Of a stretch of 64,000 nt of DNA, positions 12,334-23,060 are shown piece by piece. Below the pieces are notes generated by a model. That model was not told the DNA's origin and made no database searches. It saw nothing but the letters and a program-made list of their open reading frames with translations. This DNA is from Macrostomum lignano (lineage: Eukaryota), in the NCBI GenBank assembly GCA_002269645.1, contig NIVC01000983.1, positions 186,001-250,000 of the forward strand, written 5' to 3'. Position numbers and translations under genes: made by a program. Within the stretch, counting starts at the first letter, position 1; every line of letters begins with the position of its first letter.

Positions 12334-15300
12334 TAGACTTACTGGCAAAATCATATGGGGACTCAGGCATTGATTTCGTGCCAACATCCGCGTGGGAACT
12401 CTGCAAGACGATCCATGCGCATCTGCTTTTAGAAGCTTCGAGAACTGAGGCTGCCTGTATTGATGAGGCTGGGGAATTGTGCGGGGATTTTAGCCTCATA
12501 TGCGGTAGGGGTGATCTAATCAGAATTTAACAAGGATTTAGGATAGGGTTTAGGATAGTGTTTAGGATAGGGTTTAGGATAGGGTTTAGAACGTGGTTTA
12601 GAATAGGGTTTAGGATAGGGTTTAGGATATGGTTTAGGATAGGGTTTAGAATGCGGTTTAGGAGAGTGGTTAGAATGTGGTTAGAATAGGGTTTAGAATA
12701 GGGTTTAGGATAGGGTTTAGGCTCAGGCTCGACAGTCAATTGCCGTAGACCCATGCAAACAAAATGCATAGCAAGTTCTTACATTTTGAGTTACTTTTAT
12801 ATTTTCCATGAAATTCAGGCCTTAATACGAGTAAATCCCATAAAAGTTGTCCAAAAAATCCCCAATTCTGGGACATTATTTCCATAAACGTGCATCGACA
12901 TCGTAAGCGGCACATGCAGCAGACAGCCGCTAAGTACGCCTTGAAGCGGGATTGAATACGGACCAGCAAGCCCTTTGCCAGCAAAAATGAAGAAGTGCTA
13001 AAATAGAATTTTTATAAATCGATAACCTGCTGCCGCACTCGAAGCTGTATGTTTAGGCAGAAGAGGACTCCCTAAGTGCCTGTATTTGATTTTCGGCTGC
13101 CCCTGGGGCAAACTGGAATCTGGGCCATTGCAGCTGATTTGTAGCCAAAATTCAAGCAGCGCGGGAGCAGACTGCTGTCGGTTTCCGCCTGCAGGCACCG
13201 CTTTGAATCGATGCTGCCTCCGTGGGGCGACACTCTCTGATTGCCTTCGCCTGTTCGCTTGTCGGACAAGGAGTGCATTATTTGATTTGGTGAAAAAACT
13301 CGACGCCCATACTGACTCGGTGGCTACTCGGAGCATTAGTAGCTTCGCTCAGAACTCTCCTTTTCCTTTCATTGAAGCTTCAATAAAATGTCCTCAGGAG
13401 AGGAAGATGATAAGGGAGTGCGAGGAGCGGCTGCGACCTTGCCAAGAACCCTTGGTTCGATTTCGAAATGTGCGAAAACTGGCCAAGGGGTTTGTTGTGC
13501 GATTTACAGCCCCAGGGACCACATGCCTGACTGCTAAAAAGTTAGAGCGGCGCTCCTGACACAAATACAAGCGCTCCTGACACAAATACAAGCGCTCCTG
13601 ACACAAATACAAGCGCTCCTGACATAAATACACTCAGCAACATTTAAAACGCAACACTCTAACTAGAAGAAAAATCAACTCACTCAGAAGAGTCAAAGCG
13701 CATAGTCTATGGTTCAAATCGAGCTTCAGAAACGCGTGTAGCTTCCTCTCGCAAGTAACAGGGCGATGACTATGGACTGTTTTCAGATAGAGTGATCCAG
13801 CTGAGAGAATGGTTCAACAGATGACAGACGCGGAAAGATGGCGAGCAGTCGGAATGTTGGAAGCAGGTTGTACTCTTCGAACAGTTGCGAACCACTTCGG
13901 GAGGAAGCGTGGCTCACGCGAGAAAAGGTACGGTGCTTCACCAACTTCGCAGTACAACAGCGAGGGCAGATCGACGCCTGCTGAGAATAGTGCGTGGAAA
14001 CCCCACACTGCCTGCCACACTCCTGCGATTGATGTGGGCAGAGAGAAGCCGCAGAGGCAAAGTTCTCAGCGCGCAGACGATTCGCCGCAGGATTCACGCT
14101 GCAGGATTGCGGTCAAGAAAAATGCGGAGGAGGCCGCGCCTGAGTCCTGCACATGTCGCTAACAGGGAACTGTGGGCCATGCAGCGGGCGCACTGGCGGC
14201 AAGGACAGTGGCAGCGCGTTATTTTTACAGACGAGAGTCGGTTTCGTCTTTTTCGCAGTGATGGTCGAATTCGCGTCTGGCGTGAGCCACGGCAAGAGCT
14301 TCTGCAGCAGCACGTGCAAAGCTGCGATGGGCAGGGACCCTCCGTACACGTGTGGGCAGGGATTTCAATGCGAGGCAGGACCCAGCTGGTTTTCTTAGAC
14401 GCAAACGTGAACGGCGATGAGTACGCTCGTTTGCTGCAGACGCATCTGCTCCCTTTTGTTAACAACCACTTTGGTGGCGTCGCAAACTGCATACTGCAGG
14501 ACGATAATGCACCGGCGCACCGGGCAGCAGCTGTCAGCGAACTCAAGGACCAGCTGCACCTGCGTACTCTTCGGTGGCCTTCAAGATCCCCTGATATGAA
14601 CCCAATTGAACATGTCTGGGACTTTATCAAGCGGAGTGTTCAACGGCAGAATCCGCCGCAGACAGTCGCTGAACTGCGAAATGCTGTTGCTAACGCGTGG
14701 CAGGAAATTCCCCAGGACTTTTTTCGACGCCTTGTTCTGGGAATGCCACGTCGAGTCAACGCCCTGTTACTTGCGAGAGGAGGCTACACGCGTTTCTGAA
14801 GCTCGATTTGAACCATAGACTATGCGCTTTGACTCTTCTGAGTGAGTTGATTTTTCTTCTAGTTAGAGTGTTGCGTTTTAAATGTTGCTGAGTGTACAAA
14901 CGCTCCTGACACAAAAAAGGTATTCCTGACTTCTAAACAGGCGCTCCCGACACACACAGGCGTTGCTGACACCAACACGGGCTCCAGACACACAGGCGCT
15001 CCAGGCACCCAGATTGTCACCAAGTCATAACCAGCTTGAGAATCAATTGCCATCACATTTAATTGCATGTAGACAATATAGCATTTTGCAGCCCATTGGG
15101 GCTTATGCGCATTTAATTTAATCCAAGATACGTTTGCCAATGTAACGGAGCTTTTGTCTATGGTAGCAAGGCTGGCACAGCAGCATTTAATTTGGTCCAA
15201 CAAGCATCAATTTGGTCCAAACCCTCGTGAGTCATTGGACAAACCCTTGCCTTCTCGCAACCGTATGCAGGTTGTTGCGTACCGCTGGAATGTAGGCGTC

Positions 15301-18300
15301 TCTATCAACAATTTTCAGTTGCTTTTCCAGAGCTCTGCTGATAGTCGAAATCTGATAACTAACTGGACCTGTTCCTTCAACTTCTGCTGCATTTCTGCAA
15401 CGTCAAAAAAGGGTTCGTCTCAGCTGCATCGAGTAGCAGCAGTTGGATTTGAGGCTCTCGAGCAACTTGCCTTGGCGATTGCCACCCTTTCGCAGGCAAT
15501 CTCTGCTGGCAAAGTTTCAACGCGCTGATGGATGCTGTAAACCACCTTTTCTTTTACATTCAGCAACCTTACAATGTTCTTTGGGTGTTCACCTCTGTCA
15601 AGTGCTTCGATCACAAGCCAATGGCATTTGTTCAACAGCCTAGCATATGGTCCACAATTCTGAGGCTGAGCTGAAAATGAACCAAATGGACCAAATTGAT
15701 GCTTGTTGGACCAAAATAAATGCCGATGTGCCATCCTTGCTACCATAGACAAAAGCTCCATTACTTTGGCAAACATATCTTAGACACAGATACTAGAATA
15801 ACCAGACGGGCCACTCAGGCACATATACTTAGCAAAACAGCTTTCTACTTTCAGTTCAGTAGCAAAGAAGAAGACATAAGCTATTTTATAAAAAAGGCAA
15901 CTGAAATGACTTTTGATAAGCTTGCAAGGTTGCGGGGGCAAACAACTTGCTAATTGGTTCAGCAATAATGTACATTAGCCAGTCTACTGAAATGTACATG
16001 GCAGATTTTTAGGCTGAAATTCCGAGAAAGGCAGTAAAATTGGGGCGGGGCGGGGCGTAGTGTGGAAAGGCGCGGTTGGAGGGTTTAAGCTGGGGGGTAA
16101 GAGCCAATAAATGAGCCTTGGCTTTAAAAATACATTAAAATTCTTCAGTTAAACTTACTACTGAACTGAAAGTAGCTTACACGCAAATGCGCTGAGTGGC
16201 CCATCTGTTTTTTCTAGTATCTGTGGTCTTAGATTAAATTCAATGCGCGTAAGCCCAAATGGGCTGCAAAAAGCTATAGTAATATAATAACAATGCATAA
16301 ACAATAGTCATGTACTAGAAGTAGATTCAGATGAATCTAGAGATCCATCCACTATACTATTAGTAGTAAATTGCATAGAAGTAGTGTTTTAGAAGAGCAT
16401 ATTTAATACCTAATCTTTTCCATATTCATCAAAATATCGTCAACTTTGCCATCCTACTATCAGTAGACTCGAAGAAAAATTTCCGTCGGCATTTAAAATA
16501 GTTTGGGAGAAGAAAAATACGCGAAAAGTGGGCTGAGCAAATTCTACGAAAAGAGGCCACCTAACGAGCTGGAAAGAAGGAAGACTAAGAAATGTGACAT
16601 CCGGGCTACTAATGAAGGGCTTTACCTCAGCATCCGGTCTGGAAATCCCCCCTTAAAACCCAGCTCGAGTCTTCAGGAACCGAAGTGAAGTCAAAGGAAA
16701 AAATACTTACGACGTAACATCAGTGCAATGATCCCACAGTCAGTTCTGACTTGCCCAGTTTTGTTTAACAAAGCTAATAAATCAGATTTGTTGGAGCTCA
16801 GTTCCCTGATGAGTGGCGAAATCGTGCTGGATGCTCTGCGATGGTGTGGACAGGTAGGGAATGTTATGGACAGGTAGGGAATGTTATGGACAGGTAGGGA
16901 ATGTTATGGACAGGTAGGGAATCTTGTGGACAGGTAGGGAATCTTGTAGACAGGTAGGGAATCTTATGGACAGGTAGGGAATCTTATGGACAGGTAGGGA
17001 ATCTTGTGGACAGGTAGGGAATCTTATGGACAGGTAGGGAATCTTGTGGACAGGTAGGGAATCTTTTGGACAGGTAGAGAGTCTTATGGACAGGTAGGGA
17101 ATCTTGTGGACAGGTTGGGAATCTTATGGACAGGTAGGGAATCTTGTGGACAGGTAGGGAATCTTGTGGACAGGTAGGGAATCTTGTGGACAGGTAGGGA
17201 ATCTTGTGGACAGGTAGAGAGTCTTATGGACAGGTAGGGAATCTTGTGGACAGGTAGAGAGTCTTATGGACAGGTAGGGAATCTTGTGGACAGGTAGGGA
17301 ATCTTGTGGACAGGTAGGGAATCTTGTGGACAGGTAGGGAATCTTATGGACAGGTAGGTTATAAGGAATCAGACCGGTGAACAGATGGGGATCAGACCGG
17401 TGAACAGATGGGAATCAGACCGGTGAACAGATGGGAATCAGACCGGTGAACAGATGGGAATCAGACCGGTGAACAGGTGGGAATCAGACCGGTGAACAGA
17501 TGGGAATCAGACCGGTGAACAGATGGGAATCAGACCGGTGAACAGGTGGGAATCAGACCGGTGAACAGGTGGGAATCAGACCGGTGAACAGGTGGGAATC
17601 AGACCGGTGAACAGATGGGAATCAGACCGGTGAACAGATGGGAATCAGATCGGTGAACAGATGGGAATCAGACCGGTGAACAGGTGGGAATCAGACCGGT
17701 GAACAGGTGGGAATCAGACCGGTGAACAGATGGGAATCAGACCGGTGAACAGGTGGGAATCAGACCGGTGAACAGGTGGGAATCAGACCGGTGAACAGGT
17801 GGGAATCAGACCGGTGAACAGGTGGGAATCAGACCGGTGAACAGGTGGGAATCAGACCGGTGAACAGGTGGGAATCAGACCGGTGAACAGATGGGAATCA
17901 GACCGGTGAACAGATGGGAATCAGACCGGTGAACAGGTGGGAATCAGACCGGTGAACAGGTGGGAATCAGACCGGTGAACAGGTGGGAATCAGACCGGTG
18001 AACAGATGGGAATCAGACCGGTGAACAGATGGGAATCAGACCGGTGAACAGGTGGGAATCAGACCGGTGAACAGATGGGAATCAGACCGGTGAACAGATG
18101 GGAATCAGACCGGTGAACAGGTGGGAATCAGACCGGTGAACAGGTGGGAATCAGACCGGTGAACAGGTGGGAATCAGACCGGTGAACAGATGGGAATCAG
18201 ATCGGTGAACAGGTGGGAATCAGATCGGTGAACAGATGGGAATCAGACCGGTGAACAGGTGGGAATCAGACCGGTGAACAGGTGGGAATCAGACCGGTGA

Positions 18301-19477
18301 ACAGATGGGAATCAGACCGGTGAACAGGTGGGAATCAGACCGGTGAACAGGTGGGAATCAGACCGGTGAACAGGTGGGAATCAGACCGGTGAACAGGTGG
18401 GAATCAGACCGGTGAACAGGTGGGAATCAGACCGGTGAACAGATGGGAATCAGACCGGTGAACAGGTGGGAATCAGACCGGTGAACAGGTGGGAATCAGA
18501 CCGGTGAACAGGGGAATCAGACCGGTGAACAGGTGGGAATCAGACCGGTGAACAGGTGGGAATCAGACCGGTGAACAGGTGGGAATCAGACCGGTGAACA
18601 GGTGGGAATCAGACCGGTGAACAGGTGGGAATCAGACCGGTGAACAGATGGGAATCAGACCGGTGAACAGGTGGGAATCAGACCGGTGAACAGGTGGGAA
18701 TCAGACCGGTGAACCAGGGAATCAGACCGGTGAACAGCAGACCGGTCACCAATCAGAAATAGTCACTTCAGAATAGAAGCTTGACAGAAACACTAGAAGG
18801 ATCTTCAGAAACCTGAGCTGAGCATAGCAAAATCTGACTCTTTAAGGAGCGAACAGGAGTCAATGGCAAAGAGCCAAACTACAGTTGCCTGTTGAACACG
18901 AGCAATACAACAATAGTATTAATTTTCCTAGATAGCAGAGGATCTCACAGACATTTGCGAGTCCAATGGAATTCTATTTTGAGGCAGCGAACCGCACAAG
19001 CAGCCAATGAGATTCCTTGTGCACTCAGCCCCCTCCCCCCCTCAGTACTTGACCTCCGCCGCGATGATCTACGTGCCGACCTACATGAGCCCGAGCGGCA
19101 TTCTGGGCAGCGTCAGCCATCATCACCGCGACGATCCCGGCGTTGACGGCCAGACGACCGATCAGGTCGGCGGTCGCGCAGACGATTTTCTTTTAGTCGA
19201 CGGCGCCGACGGCGCGGTCGACATGCTGAGCTACAGCCGCGCCTCAGCGGCGTCTTCCGCGGACGGCGGGCGGCGGTATCGGAAGAGGAGACAACGCGCC
19301 GCCGCCGCTGCCGCCGCTGCCGCCAATGCTGCCGATGGCACCACAGTGGTCCCATCGCATCTTCGCTTTTATCAGCGTCAGCGGCAAAGCGACGCCACCC
19401 TGGCGACGAACGAGAGCGACGAAGCTGCCGCCTGCCTGGTGCTGGGAGGCCCGCAGGAGTTGGAAGGGTTCGAATAA
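12334..19477 (+). CDS. candidate orphan gene (putative exons 12334-12504, ~16728/16740-16853, 19046-19477); product unknown
   Basis: 19046-19477 is a GC-rich open frame after the acceptor CCCCCTCAG, ending in TAA. 16728-16853 is open, ends CAG|GTAGGG and joins it in phase 0. 12334-12504 is an open phase 1-1 exon with AG/GT ends. No recognisable domain, and linkage of the exons is inferred. Confidence 0.35.
12530..12720. repeat. 12-bp minisatellite (GGTTTAGGATAG)
   Basis: Direct reading. Confidence 0.85.
13631..14894 (+). mobile_element. Tc1-family (DD34E) transposon, 1264 bp, 135-bp TIRs, TA target duplication
   Basis: 13631-13765 is the reverse complement of 14760-14894 with one mismatch found. 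TA at 13629-30 and 14895-96. The element is inserted into a GCGCTCCTGACACAAATACAA repeat that continues on both sides. Confidence 0.96.
13809..14799 (+). pseudogene. Tc1 transposase with a frameshift/deletion in the N-terminal HTH
   Basis: Frame 1 reads MVQQMTDAERWRAVGMLEAGCTLRTVANHFG. Frame 2 carries FTDESRF, LQDDNAPAH and SPDMNPIE (34-residue D-E spacing). Confidence 0.88.
15075..16275. mobile_element. nested non-autonomous elements: foldback/MITE-like outer element interrupted by a ~650-bp inner element with ~90-bp inverted ends
   Basis: Inner IRs 15129-15218 and 15687-15777 are ~90% identical. The outer arm (15075-15128 plus 15785-15865) matches the reverse complement of 16140-16275. Inner DNA encodes an HTH-like fragment on the minus strand (IEALDRGEHPKNIVRLLNVKEKVVYSIHQR). 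Confidence 0.7.
16846..17358 (+). repeat. 20-bp minisatellite (GGACAGGTAGGGAATCTTRT), ~25 copies
   Basis: Direct reading. Reverse complement of the array at 19697-20790. Confidence 0.96.
17365..18745. repeat. 23-bp minisatellite (GAATCAGACCGGTGAACAGRTGG), ~60 copies
   Basis: Direct reading. Confidence 0.96.
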
Positions 19478-19696
19478 TAATAGTAATATTAGTAATAACA
19501 ATAATAACAACAGGCCAGCACTCTGAAAGCTGTACACGGCAGCCCATGGAATCGATTGCCGTGAGCTGCTGTTTGGTCGGCCGATTTCTATATTAGCGCG
19601 GTGAAGTTTCATTGTCCCCGATAAAAAGATATAGATACTTTTTTGGCTGTTAAAAATACTGTTTTCATCATGATGAGGCATATTTTTTAAGTCAGT

Positions 19697-20790
19697 TTCC
19701 CTACCTGTCCATAAGATTCCCTACCTGTCCATTAGATTCCCTACCTGTCCATAAGATTCCCTACCTGTCCATAAGATTCCCTACCTGTCCATAAGATTCC
19801 CTACCTGTCCATAAGATTCCCTACCTGTCCATAAGATTCCCTACCTGTCCATAAGATTCCCTACCTGTCCAAAAGATTCCCTACCTGTCCACAAGATTCC
19901 CTACCTGTCCGTAGGACTTCCTACCTGTCCATAAGACTCTCTACCTGTCCACAAGATTCCCTACCTGTCCACAAGATTCCCTACCTGTCCATAAGATTCC
20001 CTACCTGTCCACAAGATTCCCTACCTGTCCATAAGATTCCCTACCTGTCCACAAGATTCCCTACCTGTCCATAAGATTCCCTACCTGTCCACAAGATTCC
20101 TACCTGTCCAGATTCCCTACCTGTCCACAAGACTTCCCTACCTGTCCATAAGATTCCCTACCTGTCCACAAGATTCCCTACCTGTCCATAAGATTCCCTA
20201 CCTGTCCACAAGATTCCCTACCTGTCCATAAGATTCCCTACCTGTCCACAAGATTCCCTACCTGTCCACAAGATTACCTACCTGTCCACAAGATTCCCTA
20301 CCTGTCCATAAGATTCCCTACCTGTCCACAAGATTCCCTACCTGTTCATAAGATTCCCTACCTGTCCATAAGATTCCCTACCTGTCCATAAGATTCCCTA
20401 CCTGTCCATAACATTCCCTACCTGTCCACAAGATTCCCTACCTGTCCATAAGATTCCCTACCTGTCCACAAGATTCCCTACCTGTCCATAAGATTCCCTA
20501 CCTGTCCATAAGATTCCCTACCTGTCCACAAGATTCCCTACCTGTCCACAAGATTCCCTACCTGTCCATAAGATTCCCTACCTGTCCATAAGATTCCCTA
20601 CCTGTCCACAAGATTCCCTACCTGTCCATAAGATTCCCTACCTGTCCATAAGATTCCCTACCTGTCCACAAGATTCCCTACCTGTCCACAAGATTCCCTA
20701 CCTGTCCACAAGATTCCCTACCTGTCCATAAGACTCACTATCTGTTCATAAGACTCTCTACCTGTCCATAGGCTTTCCTACCCGTCCATT
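19697..20790 (-). repeat. 20-bp minisatellite (TTCCCTACCTGTCCAYAAGA), ~54 copies, inverted relative to 16846-17358
   Basis: Direct reading. Confidence 0.96.
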
Positions 20791-20812
20791 AGTTAGATTC
20801 CGTAGAAATATA

Positions 20813-22108
20813 ATGAATAAAAGTGCAAAATTAATCAAAGTCTGCAAACAAACCTCGATAATGAAATCAATCTTCAGGGCCACCGTGGATCGCCCTGCCA
20901 ACGAGCCAGACGATGGCAGCCAGCGGCAGCAGCAGCACGTCATGATCAGCAGCCTGCCAGCTCCGCTGCACAACTGTCATCTGATGGGCTGCGAGCGGAT
21001 TCGCCTGAACGTTTCCGGCATGCACTTCGAGACCCGCCTGGGCATCCTCAACCAGCACCCGCGCACCCTGCTGGGCAACCCGCAGCGCCGGGCAGTGTAC
21101 TACGATCAGTCCAGGCGGGAGTACTTCCTGGACCGGCACCGCCCCACCTTCGAGGCCGTGTTCAACTACTATCAGTACGGCGGCAAGTTGAAACGACCTC
21201 CAACTGTTACAGATGACATCTTCCTGTCCGAGCTGGAATTCTACGACATCGAGCGCGAAGTTATTGAGGCCTATAAGAAGGATGAAGGCTACATCTCGGA
21301 GACTGTGGTGCTGCCCGAGCACCCGCTGCAGAGGGCCGTCTGGATGCTGTTCGAGTACCCGGAGACCAGCGCCATGGCCTTCGTGGTGGCCATCCTGTCG
21401 GTGCTGTTCACCGTGGCCTCCATCATCCTCTTCTGCGCCGAGACGCTCAAGGAGTTCAAAGACTCGCACTGCACCGAGAGGCAGCTGCCGAATTTCCTCG
21501 ACCCCTTCTTCATCATCGAGTCGGCCTGCACCGCCTGGTTCACCGTTGAACTGCTGGTCCGTTTCATCGTCTGCCCGTGCAAGAAGGCCTTCATCAAGGA
21601 TGTGAAGAATGCGGTGGACCTCTCGGCCATCGTGCCGTACTATGTCACCCTCACCAATGTGCTGGTCACCATGAGCTGCGAGGGCGCGAAGTCGAGCGCC
21701 TCGCTGGCCTTCCTGCGAGTTGTCCGCCTCATCCGGGTGTTCAAGCTCACCAAGCACTCGGCCGACCTGCAGGTGCTGGTGCTCACCTTCCGGGCCAGCA
21801 TCGAAGGTCTCGGACTCTTCCTGGTGGCGCTGATAGTCTGCATCCTGCTGTTCTCCTCCACCATCTACTATGTGGAGAGCGAGGTGAAGGGCTCGCAGAT
21901 CGAGAGCATCCCGGACGCGTTCTGGTGGGCGGTGATCACCATGTGCACCGTGGGCTATGGCGACAAGGTGCCGAAGGGCCCGCTGGGCAAGGTGGTCGGC
22001 TCCGTGTGCGCCGTGGCCGGCGTGCTGACCCTGGCGATCCCCGTGCCGATCATCACCGAGAACTTCAACAAGTTCTACACGCACAAGACTGGGCGGGGCA
22101 GGCGGTGA
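20813..22108 (+). CDS. KCNA: Shaker/Kv1 voltage-gated potassium channel, intronless core; start codon uncertain
   Basis: Kv1-type T1 domain (ERIRLNVSGMHFET...YFLDRHRPTFEAVFNYYQYGGKLKRP), S1-S6, pore SIPDAFWWAVITMCTVGYGDKVP and S6 PVP. Confidence 0.96.
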   Translation: MNKSAKLIKVCKQTSIMKSIFRATVDRPANEPDDGSQRQQQHVMISSLPAPLHNCHLMGCERIRLNVSGMHFETRLGILNQHPRTLLGNPQRRAVYYDQSRREYFLDRHRPTFEAVFNYYQYGGKLKRPPTVTDDIFLSELEFYDIEREVIEAYKKDEGYISETVVLPEHPLQRAVWMLFEYPETSAMAFVVAILSVLFTVASIILFCAETLKEFKDSHCTERQLPNFLDPFFIIESACTAWFTVELLVRFIVCPCKKAFIKDVKNAVDLSAIVPYYVTLTNVLVTMSCEGAKSSASLAFLRVVRLIRVFKLTKHSADLQVLVLTFRASIEGLGLFLVALIVCILLFSSTIYYVESEVKGSQIESIPDAFWWAVITMCTVGYGDKVPKGPLGKVVGSVCAVAGVLTLAIPVPIITENFNKFYTHKTGRGRR

Positions 22109-22774
22109 TGGGGGTCTGCCGTTTGCCGACTCTTCTCTGTTGCTATGCAAATCTTCTCTGTTGCTATGCAAATCTTCTCTGTTGCTATGCAAATTGCTCA
22201 TTTCTGTTTTCTCTGCTCACTGTCCAGTCCATTCCAATTTACTAATTTCAATTTTACCCACAGATTGCCCGAAATCCCCACATCCCTTTCCAATAATCCT
22301 CATTCCAATAATCCCCATTCCAATAATTCCCATTCCAATAATCCCCATTCCAATAATCCCCATTCCAGTAATTCCCCTTACGCATATTTAAATTCCGCCG
22401 ATTCCCAAAATTGGCCAATTGAAGAGTTCACAGATTTTCAAAGTTAGTTGATTTGTCACCAAATTAGCGATATCTGAGTAGCAGAACTCCCATCGGCCCA
22501 CACAGTTTAATCCCATTTTTTAGTACTTTTAAACTGAAATTAAACAACAAAATGAAGGACTGCGAAGCGCCGGCCAGAGCGAAACTGCTGACGCAGAGGA
22601 ATGCTAAGATTTCCACGAAAAAATCGCTAATAAACGAGATGAGAGCCGCCCGACGGCTATAATGAGGCTGACTCGGCGCCATGAAGTCATGGGCGGCTGC
22701 CGTCTTGCTTCAACAGTTTAATTGGAAAGTTTTCCCAGCGTCAACACTGCATGCGAACTCCCAAATCCCTGCTC

Positions 22775-22775
<1 letters not shown>

Positions 22776-22830
<55 letters not shown>
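22776..22830. repeat. (GA)n microsatellite
   Basis: Direct reading. Confidence 0.95.
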
Positions 22831-22834
<4 letters not shown>

Positions 22835-23060
22835 TACTTCTGATTTACCACGATTGCAACCCTGTCTGTCGTTGTGATTCTCCATCAATCAATTGCTGAT
22901 TTCCATTGTAAATAAATGCAATTACAATTTTTGTTAAGTTTTTTCTTTTGATAATATTTGCTTTTTTCTGCTAGTTGACTATCTGCCGAAAACAAAATTT
23001 CAACTTAAATGCAGTAGCAAATTATTTCGTTTAAATTAATTAGCTCTGCTCTTCTGTTTT

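Noticed and set aside
16846-20790. Regular repeat arrays as CRISPR
   Set aside because: The units are contiguous with no unique spacers, there are no cas genes, and the context is eukaryotic with spliceosomal introns.
20867-22201. 444-aa antisense ORF over the Kv gene (and similar shadow ORFs over other GC-rich exons)
   Set aside because: High GC3 codon usage suppresses stops on the opposite strand. No domain is evident.
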